Assembly (NCBI GenBank): GCA_964016885.1
Contig: OZ024744.1
Coordinates: forward strand, 74,090,001-74,154,000
DNA length: 64,000 nucleotides
From: Eledone cirrhosa
Taxonomy: Eukaryota
Direction of reading: 5' to 3'
Below are positions 25,976 to 37,800 of this stretch, piece after piece; within the stretch, counting starts at the first letter, position 1; every line of letters begins with the position of its first letter. A program made the position numbers and the translations under genes. The notes under the pieces were generated by a model. That model had not been told where the DNA came from, did not search any database, and worked only from the letters and a program-made list of their open reading frames with translations.

Positions 25976-26829
25976 GAGACAAGCCGATTATATTACGATT
26001 ATTAAGAGGTAACATTCATACATATCTGGACATACTGCTCCTCTTCTCTGCATCAAATTTGTCGGACGTATGATCATCATCGTTCAGGTACCACGCAAGA
26101 GGGAAAACCCCCCAAAATGAGGTAACAATAAAACAGTCTCTCTACAAATGGGTCAATGTGGTCAATGGGATTTTCATGTTGGCATTCCAAATAATGCTAG
26201 TATTGGCGAAGAACGATGATATTATGGTGGAAACTATGGGCCCTACCGAAGATTCCGGTTGGAATCAATATAATTTCCAAAACTCTATCTCCTCGTTGTG
26301 CTAATGGTGGACATTGCTGATTCGAGACAAACTCTACAGGTTCTGTACTTTTCTAGATGGGTGCAAGGCAACGATACCGTTATGTATTCATGTTTCTTTT
26401 AATGTTCGATTTTTGGAGGTGGAGTTTTATGGTAGATCTGTTGTTGTATGTTTGTTAGATCCAACTATCGGCTAAGGCCCCGGTGAACATCACTGAACTG
26501 CATTCGTTTGGCTTGGGAGGTCAGGAAAATTTCTTCTTTCGCGCAGCTATGATGAAAGGGGTTGTGTATTGGATGCTTATGTGAAGACAAGCAAAATCTT
26601 ATTAACTTTTATCAAATTTGACTTGCAAAAGAAGGGGATGGTCAAAATTTGTTGGAAGTTGGGTTAATGTTGGGAATTTTCATTGTTATTTATTTATTGT
26701 TTATTGTTATGTTTTATTTGTTTTTTCGCTTTCAATTTTTTTTTGTATATCCCCACTGTCCTCGTCTTTTGTATCGTCCTACATCTTTTAGCCCTTGTGG
26801 CCAATGAAGCAGCATCAGTACCAGAGACA

Positions 26830-26891
26830 GCAGGAGTTGTAGTGGTAGTAATAGTAGTAGTAGCAGTGGCAGCAGCAGTAGTAGTAGTAGC

Positions 26892-26953
<62 letters not shown>

Positions 26954-27297
26954 CAGCAGCAGCAGTAGAAATAGTAATAGTAGCAGCAGCAGAATCAGTA
27001 GTAGTAGCAGCAGGGATAATTGTTGTAGTAGTAGCAGCAGTAGTAGCAGCAGCAGCATCAGCAGTAGTAGCATCGGTGGTAGTTGTAGTAGTAGTAGCAG
27101 CAGCAGTAGTAGTAGTAGTAGTAGCAGCAGCAGCAGCAGCATCAGTAGTAGTAGTAATAGTAGTAGTAGCAGTAGTAGATCATCTTCATCATTACATCAG
27201 TAGTAGTAGTGGTGGTGGTTGTGGTGGAGGCAGTGGTGGTGGTGGTGTTAGTAGTATCAATAGTAGTAGTGGTGGTGATGGTGGTGTTAGTAGTAGC

Positions 27298-27360
<63 letters not shown>

Positions 27361-27385
27361 GGTGGTAACATTAGCAGCAGCAGTT
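26830..27385. repeat. Compound (GTA/GCA/GGT)n trinucleotide microsatellite
   Basis: Direct inspection. Confidence 0.95.
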
Positions 27386-27411
27386 GTATTTGCGTTATGT
27401 TATTGTTCCAC

Positions 27412-27601
27412 GGCGGTGGATTGGCAGTATCGGTAGAAGGTCGGACGCCATGTTTTCCAGCATAGTTACGTCCCTTTACGATCTGAGTTCAAATCTCGTC
27501 GAGGTTGACTTTGCCTTTCATCCTTACGGGGTCGATAAAATAAAGTACCAGTAATGCACTGGGTAATTGCTGGCCTTGTGCCAAAAGTAGAAACAGTTAT
27601 T
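27412..27601 (+). mobile_element. tRNA-derived SINE, full length, with a 19-bp flanking direct repeat
   Basis: A and B boxes. GTTATTGTTCCACGGCGGT occurs at 27399-27417 and 27596-27614. Confidence 0.9.
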
Positions 27602-27974
27602 GTTCCACGGCGGTAGTGTAGTGTATATTTTTCATGCTAAATCAGCTTCCTGACACCGTTATTAAATTCCATTCAACTCCTGGTCATGCCTACTTAATTT
27701 GCTCATGCCACACAACGAAGCCATTCATTGTTCTGTGTCAGCTTTAAGAATAGCAAACAAAAAGATGTCAAATTTCATAGAATGATATGCTTACCAACAT
27801 ATATGCATACACATACGTACGTAGTTACACACACACACACACACACACGTACACACACACACACGTACACACACACACACACGTACACACACGCACACGT
27901 ACACACGCATGCGCACTCACACACATACGCACGTACACGTACACACGCAGACATACACATATACACAGATGCAG

Positions 27975-28009
<35 letters not shown>

Positions 28010-28239
28010 CAAACGCTCACAAACAAAAATACAGATAAACACATGTATACTCACATATCTATTTAGACATTTACATTGTGTACAGAAACCTGGTAGCCTA
28101 TCCGACTGCATATACATACATAATCTTACGGCAAATACTGATGCAATTCAAATCAAGCACTCGACGCATTTTTTTCACATAGGAAAAAACGGTGCATATT
28201 TAGAATGAGAAAATGCGAAGTAGTTTCAGATATGAAAAT

Positions 28240-28578
28240 CCTTTATTGATAATACTGTGATACATATTTCAATGTCGACAGTGGCCACACGATTCCATGT
28301 ACCCAGTGCCAGCTTCTTATATAATAAGGATACGTTCCCAAGGCAATCAAATGAGAAACGACAAGGGAACGGACAGGGCGTGTGTTCTTGAATCACCTGC
28401 CCGTTCCCCTGTGGTCAACAATTCACCTCCGCCATTCAGGGGAACGGACAGGCGATTCAAGAACACACGCCCTGTCCGTTCCCTTGTCGTTTCTCATTGG
28501 ATTGCCTTGGGAACGTAACTTATTATATAAGAAGCTGTTTGATGATGTCACGGCACTGAGTACACGGAATCGTGTGCC
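28240..28578. repeat. Fold-back element (~130-bp arms) carrying complementary halves of a hammerhead
   Basis: Arms 28283-28411 and 28437-28578. The right arm has ctgt TTGATGA tgtc. The minus strand left of the left arm reads gaca tt GAAA tatgt ATC acag..AATAAA. Confidence 0.7.
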
Positions 28579-28580
28579 AG

Positions 28581-28755
28581 AGGTAAAGCCGTTTCGACGG
28601 CTGTTTTCGGACTATTTCTGTCCAGAAATAGCCATCGAAACGGCTTGAGCTCTGCCGTCGGGGTTAAACATTTTCTTATTACCCACTCTACTACCCTAAG
28701 TATTGAGTACTCTGGTTCGTTATGGTCCATATGGTTGATTACCACATTTCCCTCG

Positions 28756-28758
<3 letters not shown>
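28581..28758 (+). repeat. Short element with a hammerhead 3' half (family of 4606/30136)
   Basis: ctatttct-gtcc-agaaatag ccatc GAAAC GGC ttgagctct GCC GTC gggg plus the shared tail, then (TA)n. Confidence 0.7.
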
Positions 28759-28845
<87 letters not shown>

Positions 28846-28853
<8 letters not shown>

Positions 28854-29259
28854 TTGAGGTTGGTAATGGCACATGGAATATATAAGAGACAGAATACTTT
28901 TTTGTGAAAAAACATAATTTTATAAGGTAAGGAAATAATAAAGGGTATAAAAAATGACCGGTTTCGATGGGTCTGCAAAAGCCATCTTTTCAAATGTTGA
29001 TTAATATTAAGAAAAATTAATAATACGAAGAGTTAAAATTTGAGACTTGAAAATTCAAGTCTCAAATTTTAACTCTTCGTATTATTAATTTTTCTTAATA
29101 TTAATCAACATTTGAAAAGATGGCTTTTGCAGACCCATCGAAACCGGTCATTTTTTATACCCTTTATTATTTCCTTACCTTATAAAATTATGTTTTTTCA
29201 CAAAAAAGTATTCTGTCTCTTATATATTCCATGTGCCATTACCAACCTCAATTTTCTCT
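28846..29259. repeat. Apparently perfect palindrome, 206-bp arms and 2-nt loop; each arm has a U3-A8 hammerhead (28951-28998 minus; 29107-29154 plus)
   Basis: Centre CTTGAA-AA-TTCAAG at 29046-29059. Motif: aacat TTGAAAA gatgg-cttttgcagac-ccatc GAAAC cg GTC atttt. Confidence 0.85.
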
Positions 29260-29294
29260 ATAACCTTCGCTTTGTGTAGAAAATTACACTTTTC

Positions 29295-29330
<36 letters not shown>

Positions 29331-29520
29331 TTATTTATATATACATATATATATATTTATTTATATATATATATAAGGAAAATAAATCGAAAATGCAACT
29401 GGAGTCTATTTAAGAATATTTATTATTTATTTATTTCCTCTGCCGGTTTCAGTTCTTATGATTATTATGCTTTTCAAAAGTAGGATTGAGATGGAGGGTT
29501 TGAGGTTTTCCTCGCATATG

Positions 29521-29756
<236 letters not shown>

Positions 29757-29757
29757 A

Positions 29758-29953
29758 TAGAAGGAGCTTCTACAGGACTAGTACTGTTTCATTCAGATGA
29801 AATCTTCAGGAGAAGTGCTTCCTGAAGATTTCATCTGAATGAAACAGTACTAGTCCTGTAGAAGCTCCTTCTAAAAAATTAAACAAATTTACTCTGCCAT
29901 GTATTGAGTACCTTACTTACTGTGGTTATCCCCGACTCAACCCGGGACCTACG
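29758..29953. repeat. (TA)n-flanked element with a 54-bp perfect inverted repeat made of two divergent hammerheads
   Basis: Arms 29758-29811 and 29820-29873. Plus HHR 29817-29865: gcttc CTGAAGA t-ttc-atct-gaa-t GAAAC ag-tactagtc-ct GTA gaagc. The tail is homologous to 5057-5130. Confidence 0.88.
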
Positions 29954-29993
<40 letters not shown>

Positions 29994-30135
29994 AAAGGTA
30001 AACAGAAATAACAACACAATCGGTACAGTATATGGAAGGTATATATTAGGTTAACGCTTGATATAGCAGGAAGAGGGTCTTAACGTTTCGGACGCTAATG
30101 TTATGTATGTATATATATATATATATATATATATA

Positions 30136-30308
30136 ACAAAGAGGGTGTGGTAAGATACCAGATGGACCGTAATGCACCAGAGTACTCGATACTTGGGGTA
30201 GTAGAGTGGGTAATATGAAAAGATTCAGCACCCCAACGGCTGAGCTCCGGCCATTTCGAAAGCTAGTTCCGACCGGAGCTCAGCCGTCGAGGTCCTGATT
30301 CTTTTCCT
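30136..30308 (-). repeat. Third copy of the half-hammerhead family, with an internal inversion
   Basis: Reverse complement of the shared tail. ACGGCTGAGCTCCGG..CCGGAGCTCAGCCGT form an inverted pair. Confidence 0.65.
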
Positions 30309-30315
30309 ACACACA

Positions 30316-30451
<136 letters not shown>

Positions 30452-31192
30452 CACACACACACAAACGCACACACACATACACAAATATATATATATATAT
30501 ATTTGAAATAGATATCATTTTTTACAAAAACAATATAAACAAGAAAACCCTAGGTGGAGAAGTTAAAAAACAGCTCAAAATACAGTAATTTATTATAATA
30601 AGTAGTAGAAAAGGCTGTTTCATACTCCATTGAAAGAGTCTTCCAAAATAGTATGTATACAAAATCCTATTGTGCTAAAAATAATAATTACGCATGAAGC
30701 AAATTATTCATTAGAATAGATGCCAAACACGTTACATTAAATGTTCATTTACAAAATTTCATCCCTTACCTGGGACTTGTCAAAATCAGTTATTTAAGAT
30801 TAAAAAACCTCATTATAACCTCACCAATAAAAAGTCCGAAATGATGCCATAACACATGGAAAATCTATGTTGTCCAACTACAGAAATATAACGTCAAACC
30901 ACTCTAGCACATTACAATAAAAACTTATTTAAAAGATTAATAGATGATAAATATAAAAAGATAAATATACACTTGATAAAGAATATTATAAAAGCTAAGA
31001 AGGAAAAAATAAAGACATATACGTATACATATATATACACATACACATATATACAAATATAGATATAAGCATGCATAAATATATACATACACTCACATCT
31101 ACATATATACACACACACATACATGTACACATGTATATATAGATATAATATATTTATCTATCTCTCTATCTCTCTGTGTGTCTTTCTCTCTG

Positions 31193-31227
<35 letters not shown>

Positions 31228-31261
31228 AGAGAGAAAGACACACAGAGAGATAAAAGCTAAG

Positions 31262-31845
31262 AAATGTTCGGTAAATCCATACGTACATATATATGTGTGC
31301 ATGTATGTATATATATATACATACTACTGTACACCTGTACATATATATATATATGTACGTATACATACTTATATTTAGGTATCAGCCGTACTAAGAGTGA
31401 GAAATGAAGTTTCGATTCATTCTTTTCCATTTATCGTTTTCGGTACGCCCGGCCGATAAACTCACTCGATATACAAATTAGGCTGCTCAGCCGTTAATAT
31501 GCATAAGGAAATTATATACTTTTAAATGTTCAATCATCTGACAGAAAGGTATACGATGCTGACGATAACTAACAAGCTTGAAACTAGTACATCGTTCCTG
31601 TGTCAGTGTCGAACAAAAGGGCGACGATGGTTGCCGAGCACTGTACGGCGTAATACGGACTGTTTGTTTACAACAAGATGGTTGAACCTCTGAAAGTATA
31701 TACTTTCCTATGGCATATTAACGGCTGAGCAGCCTAATTTGCATATCGAGTGAGTTCAGTCGGCTGGGCGCACCGAAAACGATAAATGGATTAGAATGAA
31801 ACGAAATTTCATTTCTCACTCTTAGTTCGGCACTTACTTAAATGT
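31262..31845 (+). repeat. HHR-bearing element with ~165-bp inverted arms (31374-31539 / 31676-31843); family also at 51468-52168
   Basis: TTAGGCTGCTCAGCCGTTAATATGC and its reverse complement are both present. The HHR lies in the spacer. Confidence 0.8.
31554..31594 (+). ncRNA. Minimal type I hammerhead ribozyme
   Basis: cgatg CTGACGA t-aact-aaca-agct-t GAAAC ta GTA catcg. Perfect stem I and palindromic stem III ACTAGT. Confidence 0.78.
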
Positions 31846-31944
31846 AAAACTTCATTATATGTATCTATCATCAAATCCATTCTTCGTAATTGCATGAAAC
31901 TCGGTAGCAGATCATATCCATTAGTAAGCTAGCTACGAGGATCA

Positions 31945-32093
31945 TAATTGTTTCTACTTTAGGCACAAGGCCAGCAATTACCCAGTGCATTACTGGTACT
32001 TTATTTTATCGACCCCGTAAGGATGAAAGGCAAAGTCAACCTCGGCGGGATTTGAACTCAGATCGTAAAGGGACGTAACTATGCTGGAAAGCA
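31945..32093 (-). mobile_element. tRNA-derived SINE, 5'-truncated, 15-bp TSD
   Basis: TACGAGGATCATAAT at 31934-31948 and 32094-32108. Confidence 0.9.
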
Positions 32094-32282
32094 TACGAGG
32101 ATCATAATGAAAGCTAAGTAGTTCTTTTTTATTTATTTCACAATAATTAGTATTGGATCAAAGAAGGTGACACATATTTAACGTCTCTATAAGCATCCAT
32201 GATGGAGCTGAAGCAATCCGATTTCGTATAATTTTTCAGTATTAATACTCTCAGAAAGTGCACTACTTCGCATTATTCTATG

Positions 32283-32448
32283 ACAGTATCAGTAGAAGGT
32301 CGAACGCCATGCTTTCCAGCATAGTTACGTCCCTTTGCGGTCTGAGTTCAATTCCCGTCGAGGTTAACTTTGCCTTTCATCCTTACGGGGTCGATAAAAT
32401 AAAGTACTGTGTAATTGCTGGCCTTGTGACAAAAGTAGAAACAATTAT
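32283..32448 (+). mobile_element. tRNA-derived SINE
   Basis: B-box, shared core and tail. Confidence 0.85.
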
Positions 32449-33409
32449 TCTAGAATTAATGAGGAGATGGTTTTAAAATCTTATTCAAAGCAAATAGACG
32501 CACTCTAGGTAGATTTAGTATATGATTAACATAAATATTTAAAAAAATCAATTTCAACGTAACGATTAGAGAGACTTGTATTATTTAAGGATTTGTATAT
32601 AACACTAAGTTTAACACTATCTAAACACTACCTCGCCAGATGCGACACAATGGCAACATATACAAGAAGAAACCTTTAAAATAAACGTTAGTAAGAATTT
32701 ATATCAAACCTGAAGCCTATTTTGCTTTCTATACTATGGCATTGAAGTTCCCTTGTTCTAGTATCAAAGTGCTCATATTTTCAATGTTAACTGCATTGAG
32801 TTTGTTTTTGGTAACTATTCTCAATAAGGAGGGATTCTTACTTAAACTTAGAATTGAAGCAAGGGAAGGAATTGACGTTTTATACCTTAAGAATGTTGTA
32901 AAGTTTGCACATGGCGAAGGATATTACGTAATGTATTTTTTTTTTTTTTTGGCAGCTGGAAGCCCAATTTCTATGTCTCCCTGATTATGGCGATATAGAG
33001 AACGTGTATATTTCTATTTGAGGTTTCACTTGGTTGCTTCACAGATTTTTCCAGTTTCAGCTTATTGCATCGCTGAAAAACAGTAGATATAAGCCCTATT
33101 TTATACATATAAAGGATATTCCACTCTTTTGTAAATGACACATGCGCTCGTATATATCGATATTAAAATTCTACCATAATTTGCTATCCCACTGCATGTT
33201 GTTGCGGACCAGTGGTCCATTAAATGTACCCCATTATTTGATTGGTACATTTTTATAAGAGACAGTGGAATAATGAAAGGCAAATTTTACTTAAGCGAAA
33301 GTTAAACTCACAACGTCAGAAGTAGGAAAAAACACCGCTCTAATGATACCGCCAATCAACCAGACTCAGATAAATACATAAATAACGTAGATAAATAGAT
33401 AAATAGATA

Positions 33410-33645
<236 letters not shown>

Positions 33646-34119
33646 TATGAGTACATTTATATATATATGTGAAGTTAGATAATCATTTTATCGACCATGA
33701 TTGAAGAAATATTGCTTAGTCAGCCAGACTACAAACATATGAGTGTATACTTAAGCTTTACATCTATCGTCGTAATCTCTTTAGTTCGAAATCCTAGTTA
33801 GACATCAATGTTGGTGTAGTTCGAATTTTGTCGAGATTTGGTGCTTAGAAAGAGCGGTGTAAACACACTCACACACATGCACACATAGATAATGCACACA
33901 TAGATAATGTACTCCTCATATATACAATCTCACATAGGCAATCATAAATATATGGCGGCATGTGTGGAAAATAGATGCATTAGAAGATGTTGATTATAGA
34001 TAGACAGGTAGGAAGGTGGAGACAGACAGAAAAACAGACATGGATAGATGAATAAATACAAAGAAAAATGAGATGCGCAAATATAAATCCATAGATCTAT
34101 CTATCTATCTATCTATCTG

Positions 34120-34800
34120 CCCGGGCAGGGACCCTGCAAAAATGATCTGTCCGAGGTGCGTGCAAGACGAAGAAACCGTCGCGCACGCATTCATACACTG
34201 TCCGGGCATTACTGACCTGTGGGGCTATGTAGAATGACTACTGTTACGGGTGTGATCAATCCGGTTGACCACCGAGTCCATTGTCATGATCAAACCGCCA
34301 CCCTCCTTCAAAAACGAATGAGAGGCGGTTTTCCTTTGTGTGATAGCTATGGTGAAAGAGGTTGTATGGTGGACAAGGTTGAAAGGGCTGAGGTCAGACA
34401 CCTTTCTCTCCGGCTAACAACTGATTCTTTTTTTCAAATACCACTTTGGAAGAAGAATCAAGATGGAGACAGCAGTGCTGTACCCCAGCAAGTTTTATGA
34501 AAGGTGGGTGAAAGTGGCGAGAATGGCCCAAGTGAATGGCCCTTCTCTCTATATCAGCCTGTAGGTTGAGGAAAAGGAGAAGGAGCGGAAAGGAGTACAA
34601 ACTCTTCGTACTCCTGGAGATGAGGGTTGCACATTTTTTCAGGGGTATGTGTTACCCATATGAACTGTCTCCCCCTATTGGGGAAAATCGACTAATTTTT
34701 TAATTGCATTTGTGATAATATTTTACACATTTTTATTGTATGTAAACTTCCCCCTTTGTATTTGTCCCCTTCTTTTGTGCCCTTGTGGCTAATAAAAAAA
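34120..34800 (+). mobile_element. Tx1-clade 3' fragment embedded in (TATC)n
   Basis: Homologous to 40258-40760 (ICPRC..EETV.H..HCP). Ends AATAAAAAAA. (TCTA)n lies on both sides. Confidence 0.85.
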
Positions 34801-34802
34801 CA

Positions 34803-34842
<40 letters not shown>

Positions 34843-34867
34843 CATCTATCTATCTATCTATCTATCA

Positions 34868-37800
34868 GACGTGTGTAACTTCGCGGATAAGTTTCCGTTA
34901 ATTTATGTAAGAAAAAAACGTGAGTTTTTAGTTAAATTTCATATTATTGTGTAACCTGACCCCCGTCTGGACCTTCAGGTGGTGGGTCAACTCATTTTCG
35001 CCAACTAAATATCCATTTAGAAAATTTTTTCTCCATCGAATTTTGGAAAATATATTTTAAAATTTTGATTACGTTATGAACGCTGCGTCCAACGATAATG
35101 TTGGTGGAGAGGCGGTAAGACTACAAAGCTCGCAGTCAACAACCTCTTCTTCACTAGATACTATAGAGATGGAAAGACTAAATGAAAATGTAAAAACGAA
35201 TTCATATCCAAATAACACAAATGACATCAAACAGTTCAATGACAACAAAAATAACAGCAACACCAATAATGATGATAAAAGCAACAATGATAACAACAAC
35301 AAAGAAAAAAATAAAGACAACACCAATAACACCAGCATCAAAGACAACAACAACACCAAGGAAAATACGAATAATATCAACATCGGTGACAACAAGAATA
35401 ACAACAACAATAACAACAATAATGACAACACCACCAACTCGGATTCCACAAAGAAACCAAAAATCTCCTTTGCAGAGAAAGTTCAAAAAAAGGAGGAACT
35501 GATATATCTCGACATAACAAATGCTGAACAACTTTTAAAGGACGCTAGGAGATATGTCACTTTCGAAAAAAATGGTGCTTTCAGCATCAATTCTCCGGTA
35601 GAAATTCGCAAGAAAACTGCTCTCAAAACGATAGTTTTGAGGGCAGTTTCCAATTCTACCCGAAAACCAGTCCAGTTGTCACAGAAAGAAATTGAACTGG
35701 TTTTCAAAAATTCAATGAATGATATTGCATTCATTCAAAGAAGAAAACTTTTTGGGAGTATTTCGGTACTCATGAAGGATCAATTGACGGCCCAAAATTA
35801 CTCTGTATCGCCAATTGTATCCAACCTGTACACCTTTTCCCCTACATATATGGGAAAAAGGACACAAAAGATCAGAATCACGAGTGTCACACCAAAGGTG
35901 AACATATGGTGGATACTGTGCGGCTTCATCAATTTTGATGAAGACAGAAAACTGTCAGTAGGAAAGTCCCCCAGAGATGTATTCAATGGGACTAGCATTG
36001 AAGCTCTGGTGCAAATGAGCCCAGAGCGAATAGCTATGATCCCACAACGTGTACTCCTGGACGGACTCACCTACATAAACTTTTCGGTTGAGGGTAGACG
36101 GCCTTCATGTTACCATTGCTTTAGCAGGGGTCACCTGAGGGCTTCCTGTCCTAAATTAATGAATCAAAAAAAGGCTCTTCTGCCGACACCCATCAAAACA
36201 ACACAACCACCAACACCACCACAACAACAACAACACAAAAATAACCACAACAAACACAGTCCCACCCAACCCCACTCCACCTAAAACCACTGCAAAATCA
36301 CATATAGACACAACAGCTCCCCAAGGTATACCCCTCCCCAATCACACAGACGATACAACAGATGAGGCTATCTTGCCATCACCCAGTGAAGACGAGGGAG
36401 AACCCCATCGCTCGAAAAGAAAGAAAAGACATCACAAAAGAAGAAAAACCAGCCAACACTACCACAAACATACAACCACCAACACAAACAACAAAAACAT
36501 CACAAAAAAAATCCCCACCTCCTGAAAACAAAATACCTACAACAAAACGAAAGCACACACAAGAACTACAGACACAACACAACACAAGAAAATTACACTT
36601 ACACTTACATAAACACTGAAAACAAAACACTAATGGAGACCATCACGAACGACCCTTCGGTGAAAACCGAAGGGAAAACTTTCGCCCACTCTATTAAACA
36701 TAGCAAAAAACTGAACCTAAAACTGATTAGGGTCCCTATACAAACTTATAGGTCCCTAAAAGAAACATTTGAGAAGGATATGGGGAATTCCTGCGTGAAA
36801 CCACTCAACCGCGTCCTTCACAAATACCTCCCCACCACAGACACCTCCATCCCACCAGACCCCACCCCACCAAACATCTGCGTCCCCACCCCACCGGAAA
36901 CCACCACCCATCCAGACAACCCCTCCAACACCCCCGTGGAAATTGTGCGGCCTGGTCCCCAGGAGGCGAAGGGTGAGTGATCTCTTTTCCTCTTTTAACT
37001 TTTCAGCACCAACATGGCCAATATAAGAGTTGGATGTGTGAACGTACGCCGCCTGGGGATGTCCTGGAAACAGGGCAAATTCTTAAACGACCTCAGGTCG
37101 CACAGTATGGATGTGGTAGCCATTTGCGAGTCCAGGATCCACGGCGAGCGACAGCTGGCCCCCATCTTCGATGACTTTGAGATCTACGCATCTCTCTGTC
37201 AAGCGGGGGGTGGGGGTGGAGTTGCCGTTTTGCTGCGGAAACACCTGGGCCTCGTAACACAGACGGTACATCTGGACGCGGAGGGTCGACTGGTGGTCCT
37301 AGACGTTGACGGTAGTGAAGGTGGAGCCTTCAGGCTGGTGGCCGCATATGCCCCATCCGGGACACCACGGCCAGACTTCTTCAAACGTTTAGAGACTTTT
37401 CTGGGAACGTCCCGCTCCGTGCTTTTAGTGGGGGACTGGAATGGAATCCTAGATGCACGTTGGGACTATGTGGGAGCATGTCCCGATAAAGGGGGGGGGG
37501 GTCTAACAGCCTCAAACAGTTAATCGACCGATTTGACCTGGCCGATAGATATCGACTAGATTTTCCGACTGCGCCACTGTGGACGTGGAGTAATCGTAGC
37601 GGAACATCTAGATCGTACCTAGATAGGGTTCTAGTTAGAAATAAGGATAGGGACATGTTAAGCTGTCCACAAATGTTCATTGTTGCCTATTCAGATCACA
37701 AACTAGTGACCTGCATGGCCAACCTTGATAGAACCCATAGACAAGGACCCGGCTACTGGAAGCTGAACTTGTCGTTACCGACAAGCAAAGCCTACAGTAG

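Noticed and set aside
26683-27465. 260-aa Val/Ala/Ser-rich 'membrane protein' ORF
   Set aside because: A trinucleotide microsatellite running into a SINE.
27412-27500. tRNA gene
   Set aside because: The A and B boxes belong to a multi-copy SINE head; no complete cloverleaf.
32736-32984. 82-aa ORF with a signal-peptide-like start as a host exon
   Set aside because: No recognisable domain or splice context, and it contains a poly-T run.
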